From the human T2T-CHM13v2.0 reference genome, Homo sapiens: a DNA stretch of 64,000 nt. Within the stretch, counting starts at the first letter, position 1. Every line of letters begins with the position of its first letter. Of the stretch, positions 1 through 13,604 are shown piece after piece. The translations under genes were made by a program, and so were the position numbers. The notes under the pieces were generated by a model, which was not told the origin of the DNA, did no database searches, and saw nothing but the letters and a program-made list of their open reading frames with translations. The stretch is taken from contig CP068257.2 in the NCBI GenBank assembly GCA_009914755.4, forward strand, positions 16,288,001-16,352,000, read 5' to 3'.

Positions 1-3000
1 ATTGAATCTAAAAAAAAAGATGAATTCTATAACATTATTGAGTAGGAGAACAATGAAAGGATAGCCATGTTTCCAGATAATTAACCTCCTTACTTCCCCT
101 GCTGTGGAAACCAAGTCTGTAGAATAATTGGAAGGGGAGAAATGTTTGGGGTGATTAGAGGATGGTGGGACCAGTTTACTTCTTAACTGTGAATACTGTA
201 CTTATTGAGCTGAATTATATTTTCAAACGTATACAATAACATTTTAATAATTTAGGCTTAGAAATAATAAATCTGTATTTCAATTTTTATTCTAGGATAG
301 TATTAGTGATAGATTCCAATCCCTGAACTTCATGCAAGTATCATAGTCACTAGAAATCCACTTAAGAGCTGAGATCCATTGGTGGTACATTTTTATTTTT
401 TAGTAAGGAGCTGTTTCTAATGTCAACACTGGTAAACTAATGGTTTGTTGGAAGAAAAGACAGCCAACATATTCAGTCAAGAACATTTTACTTGTTCCAT
501 GTGAAAATCCATTATAGAAACAATTTCTTTTTTTATCCTGAAATAAACATATATTGCAGAAACAGACACAGGATATTTTCATGCCTCAAAGTAATGTCTT
601 TGGCTAGTTGCTATTGAGTACTTTCATGATGTGAATATCATCACTAACAATTCATCAATTCTAAACTAGATTTCACTTAAACTTGCAAATTTACCATTTT
701 AATGACATATTTAAAAAGTTTTTTGAAAGAAAAAGTACAAATAAAAGTAAAATAAGGGCTTCTGGTTCAAGATGGCTGACTAGAAGCAGCTAGTGGGTTC
801 CTCTTCCATGGAGATGAATCAAAATAGTAAATATTCACACTTTGAATAGATCATCTAAAAGAGAGAGCACAACGGAATTCATCAGAGAAGTGATGGGAAT
901 TATGGAAAGCAAAGAAAGGTGAAGCCATGCAGCCTGCTGAGCTGGGATTGGTATGGAGCCAGGAGTAGCTCCCTGACATGGGGAAGGGCTGAGTGAGCAA
1001 CCCCTGGGGCCCCACTCCCAGTGTGGATTTTCACAATCCTAGCGATGGGAGAGCTCCCTGAACCCCCCGGGGCCTCCAGTCTAACACAGGGAACTTGCCC
1101 GGAGATTGCGCAGAGGCACTGCTTCGGCCCACATGGAATTCCACAGGCTTTTCATTCCTGAAACGCTGCAGCCTGGTACCAGCTGCTGTTGCAGTGCCAG
1201 GAGGGAGTGGGGAGGGAGTGGGGAGGCCAAGTACTTTTGCACACCCCAAAGATGTGTATCACGGCTGCTGCTGCTGCAGGGTAGAGGAGCAAGCACATTG
1301 AGCACCCTTGCTTTCACTGTTCCCGCTAAGGGGGACCTGCCTTCCCTAGGCTCACAGTACAGCCACCTTGCTTCTGCCTGAGCATTTTGGCTGTGGCCTG
1401 GCACCCTTCTGAGAGCCCAGCCCCCAGAGGCCTGCAGTCTGCCCTGGGGATCCTGCTGCTGTTGCTGCAACTGCCACCACCACTGCCAGGCCAAGGAGGG
1501 AGTGGGAAGACAGGACACCTTTGCACACCTCAGTGGTGGATACCACCACTGTTTCTGTGGGAGGAAGGTGTGAGTGGGCCAAAGGCCCCACAGCTGTTAG
1601 CTTTCACTGCTCTCACTGAGCAGGGCTACCCCTGCCTGTGCATTTTGCTGTTGCCTAGCACCCTTTTGAAAGCCTAGCCCTCAGAGGCCTGCATTCTGCC
1701 CTGGGGCTCCTGCTTTCATCTTATTAGCAGCAGTTGTAGGGAGGGAACAGGGAGACCAGCACCTGCATGTGCCACAATGACCAGATCCACCACTGTTTAT
1801 GCCAGAGGGAGGTATGAGTGGGCCATGCACCTTGTAGCTGCCTGCCTCCACTGCTCATGCTGATGGAATATTCCGCAGCTGCCTGAGTGGTCTGCCTGCC
1901 CTTTCCAAAGCATTCTGCCAGCAGCCTGGGGGCCAGCCCACCCCTTCCTATCACAGCCAATACCTGAACTGTGGGAATTTGAAGACATGTTTGCTGGTCC
2001 GGTCCTGGTTTAGTCCCTCCAGGACTCATGCACATTGTCCAGAGAGCCATTTAGGAACCTGAGGATTAGGGGATTGCCTAGCCCAGTGATGGCACCTGTT
2101 CATTCCCTCTGGGGTCTGAGGTTGAACTAATCCAATCACCTGACACCACCACAGAGGACTCCCACCTGCATGTACTGTAAGGCAGAACCATTCCCCCTCT
2201 CTCTATGAAGCAGCAGTGTTCCTACACTGGAGAACAGGAGAGCCACAAAGTTGTCTGTATTGAGCTGAGGGAAGAGATTCCATGCTGAAGCCATTCCAGT
2301 GAAGAATCACGGGACAGGTGTTTTCCCTGGCTTTCGGTGACATTGTGGCCTGGCGTTAGATGACAGTGTCTGCCTGAACTGAGAGTCATCAGCCCTGGCA
2401 CAAGGGTGTGATACAGAAAGAGACTGTGTTCCTGTCTGCCCAGGATGTGGAGCTGGTGGAGCCCCCTCTCCAACTGCAGCAACCTTGGCACATTTCACCA
2501 GGAGCTCCCTCAGTCACTCCCGTCAGAGCTGGTGCCTGTGCTCCTCATTGAAGTATTCATGGGTGAGCTTGGTGTTTCTGTTCCTCCCAATAAACCGAGA
2601 TCAAGCAAATACCCATCTGCTTCTGTGACAGACAGCTTTTTCCCATAAGCACCACCTACTGGTCTGGAGGTTGAACTGCAAAGCCCGATACAAAACATGC
2701 TAACAAGAAGTACACAAGGCTAAAGAATAAAAGCTAAAGGACGCTACTCAACTTATACTATAGTCACACTGTCATGGGGAAAATAATCCCATCTAAATGA
2801 AAGTAAATAAAAAACAAGAAGTGACAGCTTCTCCAGATGAGAAGAAACCAGTATAAGAACTCTGGCACCATGAAGAAGCAGTGTTGAGACATCCCCAAAG
2901 GATCGTACTAGCTTGCTAGCAATGGATTCTAACCAGAATGAAAATTCTGAAATTACAGATAAATAATTAAAAATATGGATTATAAGGAAGCTCAATGAGG

Positions 3001-4108
3001 TCCAAGAGAAAGTTGAAAACCAATGAAACAAAATCAGGAAAACAATGTAGCATATGAAAGAAGAAATAGATATCTTAAAAAAAGACAGGCAGAACTTCTG
3101 GAAATGAAAAATTCACTGAAGGAATTACAAAATACAGGCATGAATGAAACTGGGCCTCTATCTCTCACCATATACAAAAATTAACTCAATGTGAGTTAAA
3201 GACTTAAATATAAGACATGAAACTATGAAAATCCTCGAAGAAAACATGGGGAAAACTGTTCAGAATATTGGCCTAGGCAAAACATTTATGACTAAGAACT
3301 CAAAAGTAAATGCAACAAGAACAAAAATAGACAAATGGGACTTAATTAAACTAAAAAGCATCTGCCAGCAAAAGAAGTAATCAGTGGAGTAAGCAGACAG
3401 CCTACAGAGTGGGAGAAAATATTTGCAGACTATGCATCTGACAAACAACTAATATCCAGAATCTACAAGGAACTCAAGCAACTCTACAACAACAACAATG
3501 ACAAACAACCATATTAAAAAGTGGGTAAGGGATACAAATAGACACTGCTCAAAAGAATACAAGTGACCAACAAAGATATGAAAAAAAGGCTCAACATTAC
3601 TGATCATCAGAAAAGTGCAAACTAAAACCATAGTGAGATACCATCTCACATCAGTCAGAATGGCCATTATTAAAAAACTGAAAAACAGCAGATGTTTGTG
3701 AGGATGAAGAGAAAAGGGAACACTTATACACTGTTTGTGGGAATGTAAATTAGTACAACCTCTGTGGAAGACAGGATGGGTATTTCTCAAAGAACTGAAA
3801 GTAGGATCTACCATTTGACCCAGCAATCCCACTGTTGAGTATCTACCCAAAGGAAAATAAATCATTTTATCAAAAAGACACCTGCACTTGTATGTTTATT
3901 GTGACACTATTCACAATAGCAAAGTCGTGAAATCAGCCTAAGTGTCCATCAATGAATGATTGGATAAAGAAAACGTGGTATATATACTCCGTGAAATGCC
4001 ACTCACTCATAAGAAAGAATAAAATCATGTCTTTGCAGCAGCATGGATGGATTTGGAGGCCATTATTCTAAGTGAAAAACTGCAATGGAAAATCAAATAC
4101 TGAAGGGG

Positions 4109-5070
4109 TGCGTTGCCCCTCCACACCTGTGGGTGTTTCTCATTAGGTGGAATGAGAGACTTGGAAAAGAAAAAGACACAGAGACAAAGTATGGAGAAAG
4201 AAATAAGGGGGCCCAGGGGACCAGCGTTCAGCATACGGAGGATCCCGCTGGCCTCTTGAGTTCCCTTAGTATTTATTGATCATTCTTGGGTGTTTCTCGG
4301 AGAGGGGGATGTGGCAGGGTCATAGGATAATAGTGGAGAGAAGGTCAGCAGATAAACACGTGAGGGAAGGTCTCTGCATCATAGACAAGGTAAAGAATTA
4401 AGTGCTGTGCTTTAGATATGCATACACATAAACATCTCAATGCCTTAAAGAGCAGTATTGCTGCCCGCCTGTCCCACCTCCAGCCCTAAGGTGGTTTTCC
4501 CCTATCTCAGTAGATGGAACATACAATCGGGTTTTACACTGAGACATTCCATTGCCCAGGGACGGGCAGGAGACAGATGCCTTCCTCTTGTTTCAACTGC
4601 AAAGAGGTGTTCCTTCCTCTTATACTAATCCTCCTCAGCACAGACCATTTATGGGTGTCGGGCTGGGGGACGGTCAGGTCTTTCCCTTCCCACAAGGCCA
4701 TATTTCAGACTATCATATGGGGAGAAACCTTGGACAATACCTGGCTTTCCTAGGCAGAGGTCCCTGCGGCCTTCCGCAGTGTTTGAGTCCCTGGGTACTT
4801 GAGATTAGGGAGTGGTGATGACTCTTAAAGAGCATGCTGACTTCAAGCATCTGTTTAACAAAGCACATCTTGCATAGCCCTTAATCCATTTAACCCTGAG
4901 TTGACACAGCACATGTTTCAGAGAGCACGGGGTTGGGGTAAGGTCATAGATTAACAGCATCTCAAGGCAGAAGAATTTTTCTTAGTACAGAACAAAATGG
5001 AGACTCCTATGTCTACTTCTTTCTACACAGACACAGTAACAATCCGATCTCTCTTTCTTTTCCCCACAAA
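4109..5070 (+). mobile_element. Solo-LTR fragment, LTR12/HERV9-LTR-like, inserted into the L1 3' region
   Basis: Starts 'tgcgttgcccc'. Contains 'gagggggatgtggcagggtcataggataatagtggagagaaggtcagcagataaacacgtga', 'ggcagaggtccctgcggccttccgcagtgtttgagtccctgggtacttgagattagggagtggtgatgactcttaa' and 'gcatctgtttaacaaagcacatcttgcatagcccttaatccatttaaccctgag'. These match my memory of the LTR12 consensus. L1 sequence resumes on both sides. Truncated before the GC-rich tandem-repeat part. Confidence 0.5.
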
Positions 5071-5140
5071 TACTACATGTTCTCACTTATAAGTGGGAGC
5101 TAAACAACAGGCCCACAAGAACATACAGAAAGAAATAGTA

Positions 5141-5439
5141 GGCCGGGCGTGGTGGCTCACACCTGTAACCCCAGCACTTTGGGAGGCCAAGGTGGGTGCA
5201 TCATGAGGTCAAGAGATTGAGACCATCCTGGCCAACATGGTGAAATCCCATCTCTACTAAAAATACAAAAATTAGCTGGGCATGGTGGCATGCACCTGTA
5301 GTCCCAGCTACTCGGGAGGCTGAGACGAGAATCACTTGAACTGGGGAGGCAGAGGTTGCAGTGAGCCGAGATCGAGTCACTGCACTCCAGTCTAAGTAAC
5401 AAGAGTGAAACTTTGTCTCAAAAAAGAAAAAAAAAAAAA
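5141..5439 (+). mobile_element. Alu (full length) inserted in the L1 3'UTR, with TSD
   Basis: 'ggccgggcgtggtggctcacacctgtaaccccagcactttgggaggccaagg...' through the A-tail. The direct repeat 'agaaatagtag' flanks it at 5130-5140 and 5440-5450. Confidence 0.93.
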
Positions 5440-5809
5440 GAAATAGTAGTCACTGGAGACTCCAAAAGTTGAGAGAGAGAGTGAGGGTCGAAAAATTACC
5501 TATTGGATACAATGTTCACTGATTAGGTAATGGGTACATCAGAAGCCCAAACCCCACCACTATGCAATATATCCATGTAGCAAACCTGCACATGTACCCC
5601 CTGAATCTATAAAAATAAAAAAAAAAAACACATTCTCAAAAAACAGTAAAATAAAGTAGAACACATGAAAGAAAATATATCACAAAGTGCTGAGAATAGA
5701 AAAAATAACATCCGAAAGCTCTAGAATTTGGGGTATTTCACCACTTAACACAATTTGGTAAATGACAATGGAGAGCTTTTTAATACTCAGTTCACATTTT
5801 GTCTGTCTT

Positions 5810-5832
5810 TCACTCTCTCTCTCTCTCTCCCT
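5810..5832. repeat. (CT)n microsatellite
   Basis: 'ctctctctctctctctctccc'. Confidence 0.9.
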
Positions 5833-6544
5833 ATTAGTATAGAGTGTTTTCATAAATGTTTTAAGCTTGGGCTTATCCTCAGTCAGGGTTCTTTCTTCCT
5901 TCTTTCCTCCATTGTTATTCAAGCCATTGTTATAATTTGATTTTGTTTTCTCTCTGTGTCTTAAAGTGTATTATTTTTGCTTTTCCAACTGCAAAACAAT
6001 AGTTGCATATTTTTTGGTCCCTTTAAGTTTTTATTATAACGTTTTTCATCCCACCTCTTCCTTTTATAATGTTAAATGGCAAAATGTCTATAATATTTAA
6101 AAATTTGCTTCCTCCCATCATCCTAAATATCTTATTTTTTATTATAAATAGACAAATTTATGTGCATATGTTTTGTTTGATTTTGTTTTCTGAAACAAAT
6201 TAAAATTTGTATGTTCAAAATAATGTTGTGATATGAATACTGCAGGTGTTATTTCTATTTTGGGACTGAGAAGTTAGGCCAATAGACACCTATTTATTGA
6301 ACTTCTTGAAGGATTCCTGGGCAGCCCGCAGTGCTAAGGGGAACAAAAATATAATAAGTACTAGGGATATTTTAGGAATATTTCCTGGCACCTTTTTAAA
6401 TTCTAGTATTTGCAAATATCATGAGAGAATATTAATTTCCTCATATACTTTATTCCTGGCAGCCAGGAGAGTTGAAAACAATAAAGCTCTATTGAGAGAC
6501 TGGACTGTCCAAATTGTTAGATTTTGGACCTGGCAACACCCACA

Positions 6545-6800
6545 CCACCACCTAGTATTTCTTGAGGGTTTCATATATGGCAGGTACTGTTATAAGGACT
6601 TTTCATTTATATACTTATTTATTCATTAAAATAGCTATATGATATACACAGATTATCATAATCATTGTCATTTTATAAATAATAGGTAATGTAGGAAAAA
6701 ATGGTTAAGTAACTGCTAGTGGCCACTCAGTTGGTAAGTGGTAGAGCCATGAATTTGAATCCAGGTATTCTAGCTTGAGAACCCACAGTCTTAACCACAT
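6545..6800 (-). mobile_element. MIR (ancient tRNA-derived SINE)
   Basis: 'tggccactcagttggtaagtggtagagccatgaatttgaatccaggtattctagcttgagaacccacagtcttaaccac' is the reverse complement of the MIR core '...gtggttaagagc...gggttcgaatcc...ctgccacttactagctg'. Confidence 0.6.
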
Positions 6801-8175
6801 ATACCTTCCATTACTCCGTATTTCTTTTCCACAGCTCACAAGCACACTCTGATTAGGGGATGACTCTCTTCTGGTGTGCGTTTAGACAAATTGTACATTG
6901 TTTCATGGCAGAGACATTTGGGATTGTTTTGAAATAAAAATGAATAATTTAAGTGACAAATGTCAAGAATTATCTTTTTTAACAAAATACATTCAATATA
7001 GTTGGATAAATTAGATATATAGATGACATAATTGATGCACAAAGTAGAAATATCTATACCAGCAGTGTATCCTGATATATTAAATCTCTAAAGAGTGTAG
7101 CATGGAGAATAATTAGGAAAGAAAGGATTGGAGAGAGATTTGGAATATATGCAGAGAAAGATTGTATCTTCTGAGGATGTTGAAGAGTGTGTAGGTTTTG
7201 AAGAAGTGATGGGTGCTGATTGAGGTGATGTAAGGGATAGAGAGAAGAGCACGAAGACAGGAGTGCATACACTATTTGAAAGCAATAAAAAGTGATGAGT
7301 GCCACATCTAAGCAAGGTGTTAAGCTCTGAATTGCAGTTTGCCATGCTTTCTTTTCCCCTTTCTGTGAGCCTGGCAATTTTTTAGACAGGGGCTGCTTTA
7401 TCAGCTTGAATTGCAGGGTGAAGAAACATGAAGCAGAGTCTTCTGACAACTCATTATCATATCGTAGAAATAGAACTTTCTTATTGTTAGCCAGGAAGAT
7501 TTTTGTGGAACTTATTAATGTAGCATTTTCTACCTTATAACACTGGTTGGCAGGCAATTTCAGTATCCCAGGCATAAAGGGCTAAGGATTCAGGCAATGA
7601 AGGACAGGAGCAAAATCTAAAAGTCATTGGGAAGGAAGGCTTGAAAGACCTTGGTGACTGATGGGTTACGAGGTACAAAGATTTAGAAGAAACTGTGACA
7701 TAACCTTAATGATTTTGGTTTGAGAAAATAAATCATCAAAATGAGGAAGCAAGGGTGGAAACAAGTGTGGAAGGTAGATTTTTAATAGGTGGGAGAGAGA
7801 CCCTTAAATCCTTTTTATGAAATTAAAGATAGTATAAGATGATGTTAAAAAAAAAAAAAAGAATCATCAGAAAGAGTCCATTTGGAAAATGTGGTAGTTT
7901 AGAGAAATTTCATAGTACTTAGAATGTGAAACAGATCCAATGGAAAGCTGTTGTTTCATTATGTTTTGTTTTAAAGTTTGGCTATACATTTGCATACTTA
8001 AAATAATAAAAACATATAGGAATCCAGCAGTGCAGGAAAGATGCCGTGGACATAAGTGGTAAAATATGAGTTCTAAGGTCCACAGAAATTAGGAAGGGAT
8101 GTGACTGAGAACATACACGGAGGGGTAATCTTTGGAGAAAGGAGAGTAAATATCTATTAAAATTTTAGAAGGAAG

Positions 8176-8482
8176 GGCCGGGCGTGGTGGCTCACGCCTT
8201 TAATCTCGGCAACGTGGGAGGCTGAGGCGGGCAGATCATGAGGTCAGGAGTTTGAGACCAGCCTGGCCAACATGGTGAATCTCTTTCTCTACTAAAAATA
8301 CAAAAATTAGCTGGGCGTGGTGGTGGGCTTCTGTAATCCCAGCTACTCAGGAGGCTGAGGCAGGAGAATCACTTGAACCCTGGAGGCAGAGGTTGCAGTG
8401 AGCCGAGATCCTGAGATTGTGCCATTGCACTCCAGCCTGGGTGACAGGGTGAGACTCCATCTCAAAAAAAAAAAAAAAAAAA
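8176..8482 (+). mobile_element. Alu (full length, AluS-like)
   Basis: 'gggccgggcgtggtggctcacgcctttaatctcggcaacgtgggaggctgaggcgggcagatcatgaggtcaggagtttgagaccagcctggccaacatggtgaa...' with poly-A at 8463-8482. Confidence 0.93.
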
Positions 8483-9759
8483 TTAGGAGGAAGAGGATAA
8501 ATGTAGAAATGGATATGCACTGAGATGAAATCAGACACTGGTAAAGTTCAAGATCTTGATGATCCCAGAGCATCAGTTTTCCACTAAAGTCAGTGAAGTT
8601 ATCTGCTAAGTGGGACAGAAGGAGAGGGGCAGGTGAGAGCAGAGAAAAGAGAAGTTTTGAAATTGCCACAGAGAGGAGAATACCTGGTTGTGATTACAGG
8701 ATTGCCAAACACAGAGGGCCCGTTTGAAGTTAGACTGTATGAATTCATAATGCTCCAATTCTGAATAATCCTCTGTCTTCTCTCAGTAGTGTTCAGTGTC
8801 CTGGGAACAGGCAGATCAAGCTCACAGTGAACAGGCAGAGAAAGCTCACGTTGAGGGTGATCCAGGTTTGTGATTCTTACAGATTAGGTTATTTGCACAG
8901 GTCATACTTATAGTTCTCTTTAATCTGTTCTCATTGTTTCTTCATAAAAATACAGTGTCTTTTCACAGATACATTTTATATTCCTGTGGTTCTGATGATC
9001 TTCACACTAGCTTGAAATTCATCTCTTTAACCACTGGAGCCTAGATTTCTTTTTTACACTTGGCTCTTTATAAACTATGATATTAATTTTTGGATAATTT
9101 TTCTACCTTCTCATTTTTTTCACTTTGATAGGCTTTTTCAAATAACTTTTATTGGTGAAAAAGTTATCTATAGTTTTTAATAAAATTTTGTCATCTCATT
9201 TAATTCATCTGTCAGTTACTTAATCATTATTTCATGCTGAATATGTGCCAGGTGCTATGTTAAGGGCCAAGGATACAAAGATAAAGAAAACAAGGTACCT
9301 GTCTTTGATGTGTTTATAGAGATCAAAAGTCTACTGGGCAAGTTCCTAAACTTTGTATAACTTGTGTTACAATGGCTTCTGTTCTCATTTGGTATTGGGC
9401 AAGTTCCCCTCACCCCACATACTTTTCATTAAATTTGTAATATTTGCGAATTTGAAAAGTAAATTTTCATTACATTTGGTTTATTAATACGTAGTTCCCC
9501 ACTGCTGGGGCTGATATTTATTGTTACGACCACCTTATCCCACTAGGCACCACAGTCCCCACTGGGTTTTGCCATGTTTGTGCAAAAACGCTGCCATTTC
9601 TACAGACTGTCCCAATTTCTGTTGCTGTACTAGAACGCTTAAATGTTAATGATGATTGCTGACCTATTTGGACACAAAGGCAAGGTTCTGTTTTCCTATT
9701 TCAAGTTACACTTATTGAGAGGACAAGAAATGCAGTAGATACAGTTGAATAAAAACAGC

Positions 9760-9800
9760 TACTGCATATATATAGATATATATATATCTGTATATAGTGC
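9760..9800. repeat. (TA)n-rich simple repeat
   Basis: 'atatatagatatatatatatctgtatatag'. Confidence 0.8.
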
Positions 9801-9806
9801 TTATGA

Positions 9807-10162
<356 letters not shown>

Positions 10163-10439
10163 GAAACCCACATTCTTTGCTTTCTAAAGGTCCAAGCTCT
10201 TCTGCAAATTCCCAGGGGCATACAAACATGTGGGCACTTCTGATTTCAATTTACTGCCTCTGCTGGATTTTTTTTCGTTTCTATCCTGTCTAATCTTGTT
10301 TCCACATAGGTATTATTTAAATATTGCTCCTTATCAATATCTACAAATAAATTATCCCTACACTATTCTGAAAATCTATTGGTGGGAAATGGGGAGAAAT
10401 GTTTATAATTTGAAAATGCAAACACATTAAAATTGAAGA

Positions 10440-10870
10440 TTTAAAATTTTATCTTATTTTTTGGTGGTAAAAACACTTAACATGAGATCCACCCTCTTAA
10501 CAAATTTCTAAGTGTATAATACATTATTTTGACTATAGGTACAATGTTGTACAGCAGATCTTTAGAGCTTATTTGTCTTGCTTCACTGAAGCTTTATGCC
10601 TGCTGATTAGTAACTCCTCATTTCTCCTCCCCCCACCTCAGTAACTGCCATTCCACTCTCTGATGATATGGATTTGACTATTTTAGACACTGAATATAAG
10701 AAGAATCATGCAGTATTTGTCTTTCTGTGGTTGGTTTATTTCATTCAGTATAATGCCCTTAAGTTTCATCCATGTTGTCACATATTGCTGAATTTCCTTC
10801 TTTTTAAAGCTAAACAGTATTGCATTATATGTACACAACACATTTTCTTTATCCATTTCATCTGTCAGTG
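10440..10870 (-). mobile_element. L1M-type LINE-1 3'-end fragment (antisense)
   Basis: '...gtacaatgttgtacagcagatctttagagcttatttgtcttgc...cccccacctcagtaactgccattccactctctgatgatatggatttgactattttagacactgaatataagaagaatcatgcagtatttgtctttctgtggttggtttatttcattcagtataatgccc' matches the antisense consensus of old L1M 3' ends. Confidence 0.7.
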
Positions 10871-12671
10871 AACATTAAAAACAATAAAGTAATTCACAAT
10901 TAAATAATAATTAAACAATAAATATAAATGTTGATAAATAAAAAATTAAACATTACAAATCCTTATTCATAAAAGTCTGAGAATGGGCATTTCTCACTAA
11001 CCAAACATCTACCATCCTCTCAATTCCTTTCCTTCTCTGCCTCTTCTCTCTTACCTCTTTTACTCCATTCCAAAGTATTTACACTCCTCACATTGTCCGT
11101 GAATAAAATCCAGTATTAATTTGGGTTGCTTTGGATCTTCCTTCAGAATCTTTCCCTTTCTTTACCCTATGAGCTTTATCAAACAAGGTAGTTTCTCATG
11201 CAGTTTTCTTCTGAAGTAGAATTCCGGAACCCACTCTTAAGGCAATAAAACGTTCAATTTTATTACGTGTCTTATAATTTCATGAATCCAAGTGAAAAAG
11301 TGGAGGGTGTACATTGATGCAACCACTTTGGCAAACAGTTTGGCAGGACTAGATTCATGGGTGTGTAACCTGTGCTGTCATAGAGGTTTGTGAACTTAGA
11401 AGGGCCCACACTTCTTTTAGTGTTTGCTGTTGCTGTCTTGAAATTTTAATAATTTTAAAACAAGGAGCCCTGTGTTTTCATATTTCATTGGCCCAGAAAG
11501 TTCTATATGTGGTTCCACGGTCTGGCATTATTTAACACAGCTGAGCAAACTCAATGTTTCAGGGATTTCACTTCTAGATAAAAACCCAACTGCAGCTCAT
11601 ATCTATATTCACCAAAAGATATTACAGAAATATTTATCTCAACATATTGTCTATTATTCATAACAGGCAAAAATCTGGAAACAATCCCATTTTCATCACC
11701 AATGAAGAAACAAATGAATTGAGCTATATTCATACAAAGAAATACTACACAGTGAAGAAAATTCATAGTCTAGTGCTATAAATTATAGTGAACTAATATC
11801 ACCAACATAATATTAGAAAAAAAGACAAAAAGAACAGTTCAATTTACCATGAAGTCTGAGATGAAGCAATCTTATAAAGCTAGAGGAGATTATATAGTGG
11901 TAGACTTTATGGAAGAAAGGCTTATAAATAGTAACTGGGAGGAAACATGATGGAGGCCCCTGGGATTCTGCTAATAGCTTTTCTTGACCTGGAGGGGAGT
12001 TACAAGTATGTTAGTTTATAAAGCTATACATTTATATTTTATGCACTTAAAACGTTTCTTATATGCACAAAAATTTAAAAGAATGCGTAGCATGGTGTTG
12101 TTACCAAGAGAAATCAGGGTGTATCTATCTGTTGTGAGCAGGGTAGAAGCTCTTCTAAACAATCTCTGATTAAGAAACTCATTGTATTAATAGACGCTCT
12201 TCATCCCCTCTATGAGCACACTGTCAGATTCTTGAAACTCACTGAATGGTCGTATCTGTAAACTTCTCTCTTACATACCATTTCGATAAACCATCTGATT
12301 TCCACTTGGATAAGTGAACATCTATGGTAATAGAAATATATTCATGATACTTAATTTTAAAGTAAACTATTAATAAGAATTTAAGAGAATTTTCAAGGTC
12401 CAGAGTGAGACTATGCCTCAGTAGGAGTCTGGTATAAAGAAACAGAAAGCCAACATGAATTGCTTGCCATCTCTTATCTCTAAATCTTTATGTGCCCTGT
12501 TTCATTCTTGTCAGTCTTACTTTTCTAATACTCATCTACTTGGTAAAATATGGCCATGCCAAGGTTTTCAAACTCTTATGTTCCTTTAGTTCAAAAGACA
12601 AGGCAGATTGATATATTCTCAAACTGAATTCTAAATTTTGGGGAAGAAAATCCCAAAACTTAACTTGCCTC

Positions 12672-12696
12672 TTTTTTTTTTTTTTTTTTTTTTTCA
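12672..12696. repeat. poly-T tract (25 nt)
   Basis: Homopolymer run. A second T run lies at 12832-12852. Confidence 0.9.
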
Positions 12697-13094
12697 TCCC
12701 TGGGCCACTTTCCAAGGCTAGAAGAGAGTCACACAGCAATAATATATTTATTGCAGTCCACTCTGTATAACCCCCAAAGCTTGTTTCTTAGTGCTTAAAA
12801 TACACATGCATGCATAAATTCAGGAGCTGGGCTTTTTTTTTTTTTTTTTCTGAATGTTCAAGTACAACCACCCTGGCTTTCTGGCCAATGAATTGGCCTT
12901 GATTTATAGCACAAAGGGAACATTGACTAGTATTTTATTGAAACATAAAAAACAGAGGGATAATGTTCTTATCAAATCTCCACTTATAAGAAACATGACA
13001 TCAAATGAATGGATAAAATATTAATTTTTCAAAAAATTATTTTGTGATATTTGGCTATCTATTTTTGGGAAAAATTATTTTTCTACTACATACC

Positions 13095-13463
13095 TGTCTT
13101 AGTTCGCTCAGGCTACTATAACAAAATACCATAAACTGGGTAGCTTATAAACAACAGAAATTTATTTCTCACAGTTCTAGAGGCTGGGAAGTGAAATGAA
13201 AGATCAGGGTGCTGGCAGATTTGTTGTATGGTGAGGGCCCTCTTCTGGGTCATAGACTGCTGACTTCTAGCTGCACCTTTACATTGGTGGAAGGGTGATG
13301 CCACTCTCTGGGGCCACTTTTGTAATGGCACTAAACCCATTCATGACGCCTTCACTCTTATGACCTTATCTTCCAACAGCCCCATTTCCTAAAACCATCA
13401 CCTTGGGGATTAAGACTTCAACATATACATTTTGGGGGGAATACAAACATTCAGATCATAACA
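13095..13463 (-). mobile_element. MLT1-type MaLR solo LTR
   Basis: 'tgtcttagttcgctcaggctactataacaaaataccataaactgggtagcttataaacaacagaaatttatttctcacagttctagaggctgggaag ... ttcaacatatacattttggggggaatacaaacattcagatcataaca'. Bounded by TG...CA. Same family as the copies at 26343-26490, 27900-28485, 50330-50600 and 57163-57490. Confidence 0.65.
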
Positions 13464-13604
13464 ACACTAGCCATTAAACAATGCAGATAGAAAAAGTATG
13501 TAATAGTAAAAAAGTGTAAAAAACAAGCAAAGAAACCCTCATGACCATAAAATATAAGATAATTTGTTTGGAAACATGGGCAAAAGAAGTGATGTTTAAA
13601 CATA

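Larger units (their letters stand above)
756..5629 (+). mobile_element. LINE-1 (old L1PA/L1PB-like), 5' end intact but internally deleted; interrupted by an LTR fragment (4109-5070) and an Alu (5141-5439)
   Basis: The 5' end 'gggcttctggttcaagatggctgactagaagcagct' matches the canonical L1 5' terminus (GGAGCCAAGATGGCCGAATAGGAACAGCT). A repeat-structured GC-rich 5'UTR follows, then the ORF1 N-terminus ('atggggaaaa...', coiled-coil region) from ~2775. Sequence jumps directly to the ORF2 C-terminal region at ~3165 ('ctacagagtgggagaaaatatttgcagactatgcatctgacaaacaactaatatccagaatctacaagg'), i.e. an internal deletion. The 3'UTR 'tactacatgttctcacttataagtgggagctaaacaa' resumes after the LTR and runs to a poly-A at ~5617-5629. 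Confidence 0.8.

Noticed and set aside
1031-2698. Cluster of overlapping 60-145-aa ORFs on both strands in a GC-rich stretch
   Set aside because: The region is the tandem-repeat-structured 5'UTR of an old L1 (756-2775). The ORFs are artefacts of GC-rich repetitive sequence with no codon-structure support.
7054-7575. 173-aa ORF on the minus strand in unique AT-rich DNA
   Set aside because: The composition is low-complexity (S/L/F-rich), there is no recognisable domain, and no splice-site or start context. A 500-nt open frame is unremarkable in AT-poor-stop minus-strand reading of this sequence. Treated as a chance ORF.
8805-8852. Imperfect 24-bp tandem duplication 'aacaggcagatcaagctcacagtg / aacaggcagagaaagctcacgttg'
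   Set aside because: It is only two diverged copies with no further periodicity, consistent with an old slippage event of no evident significance.
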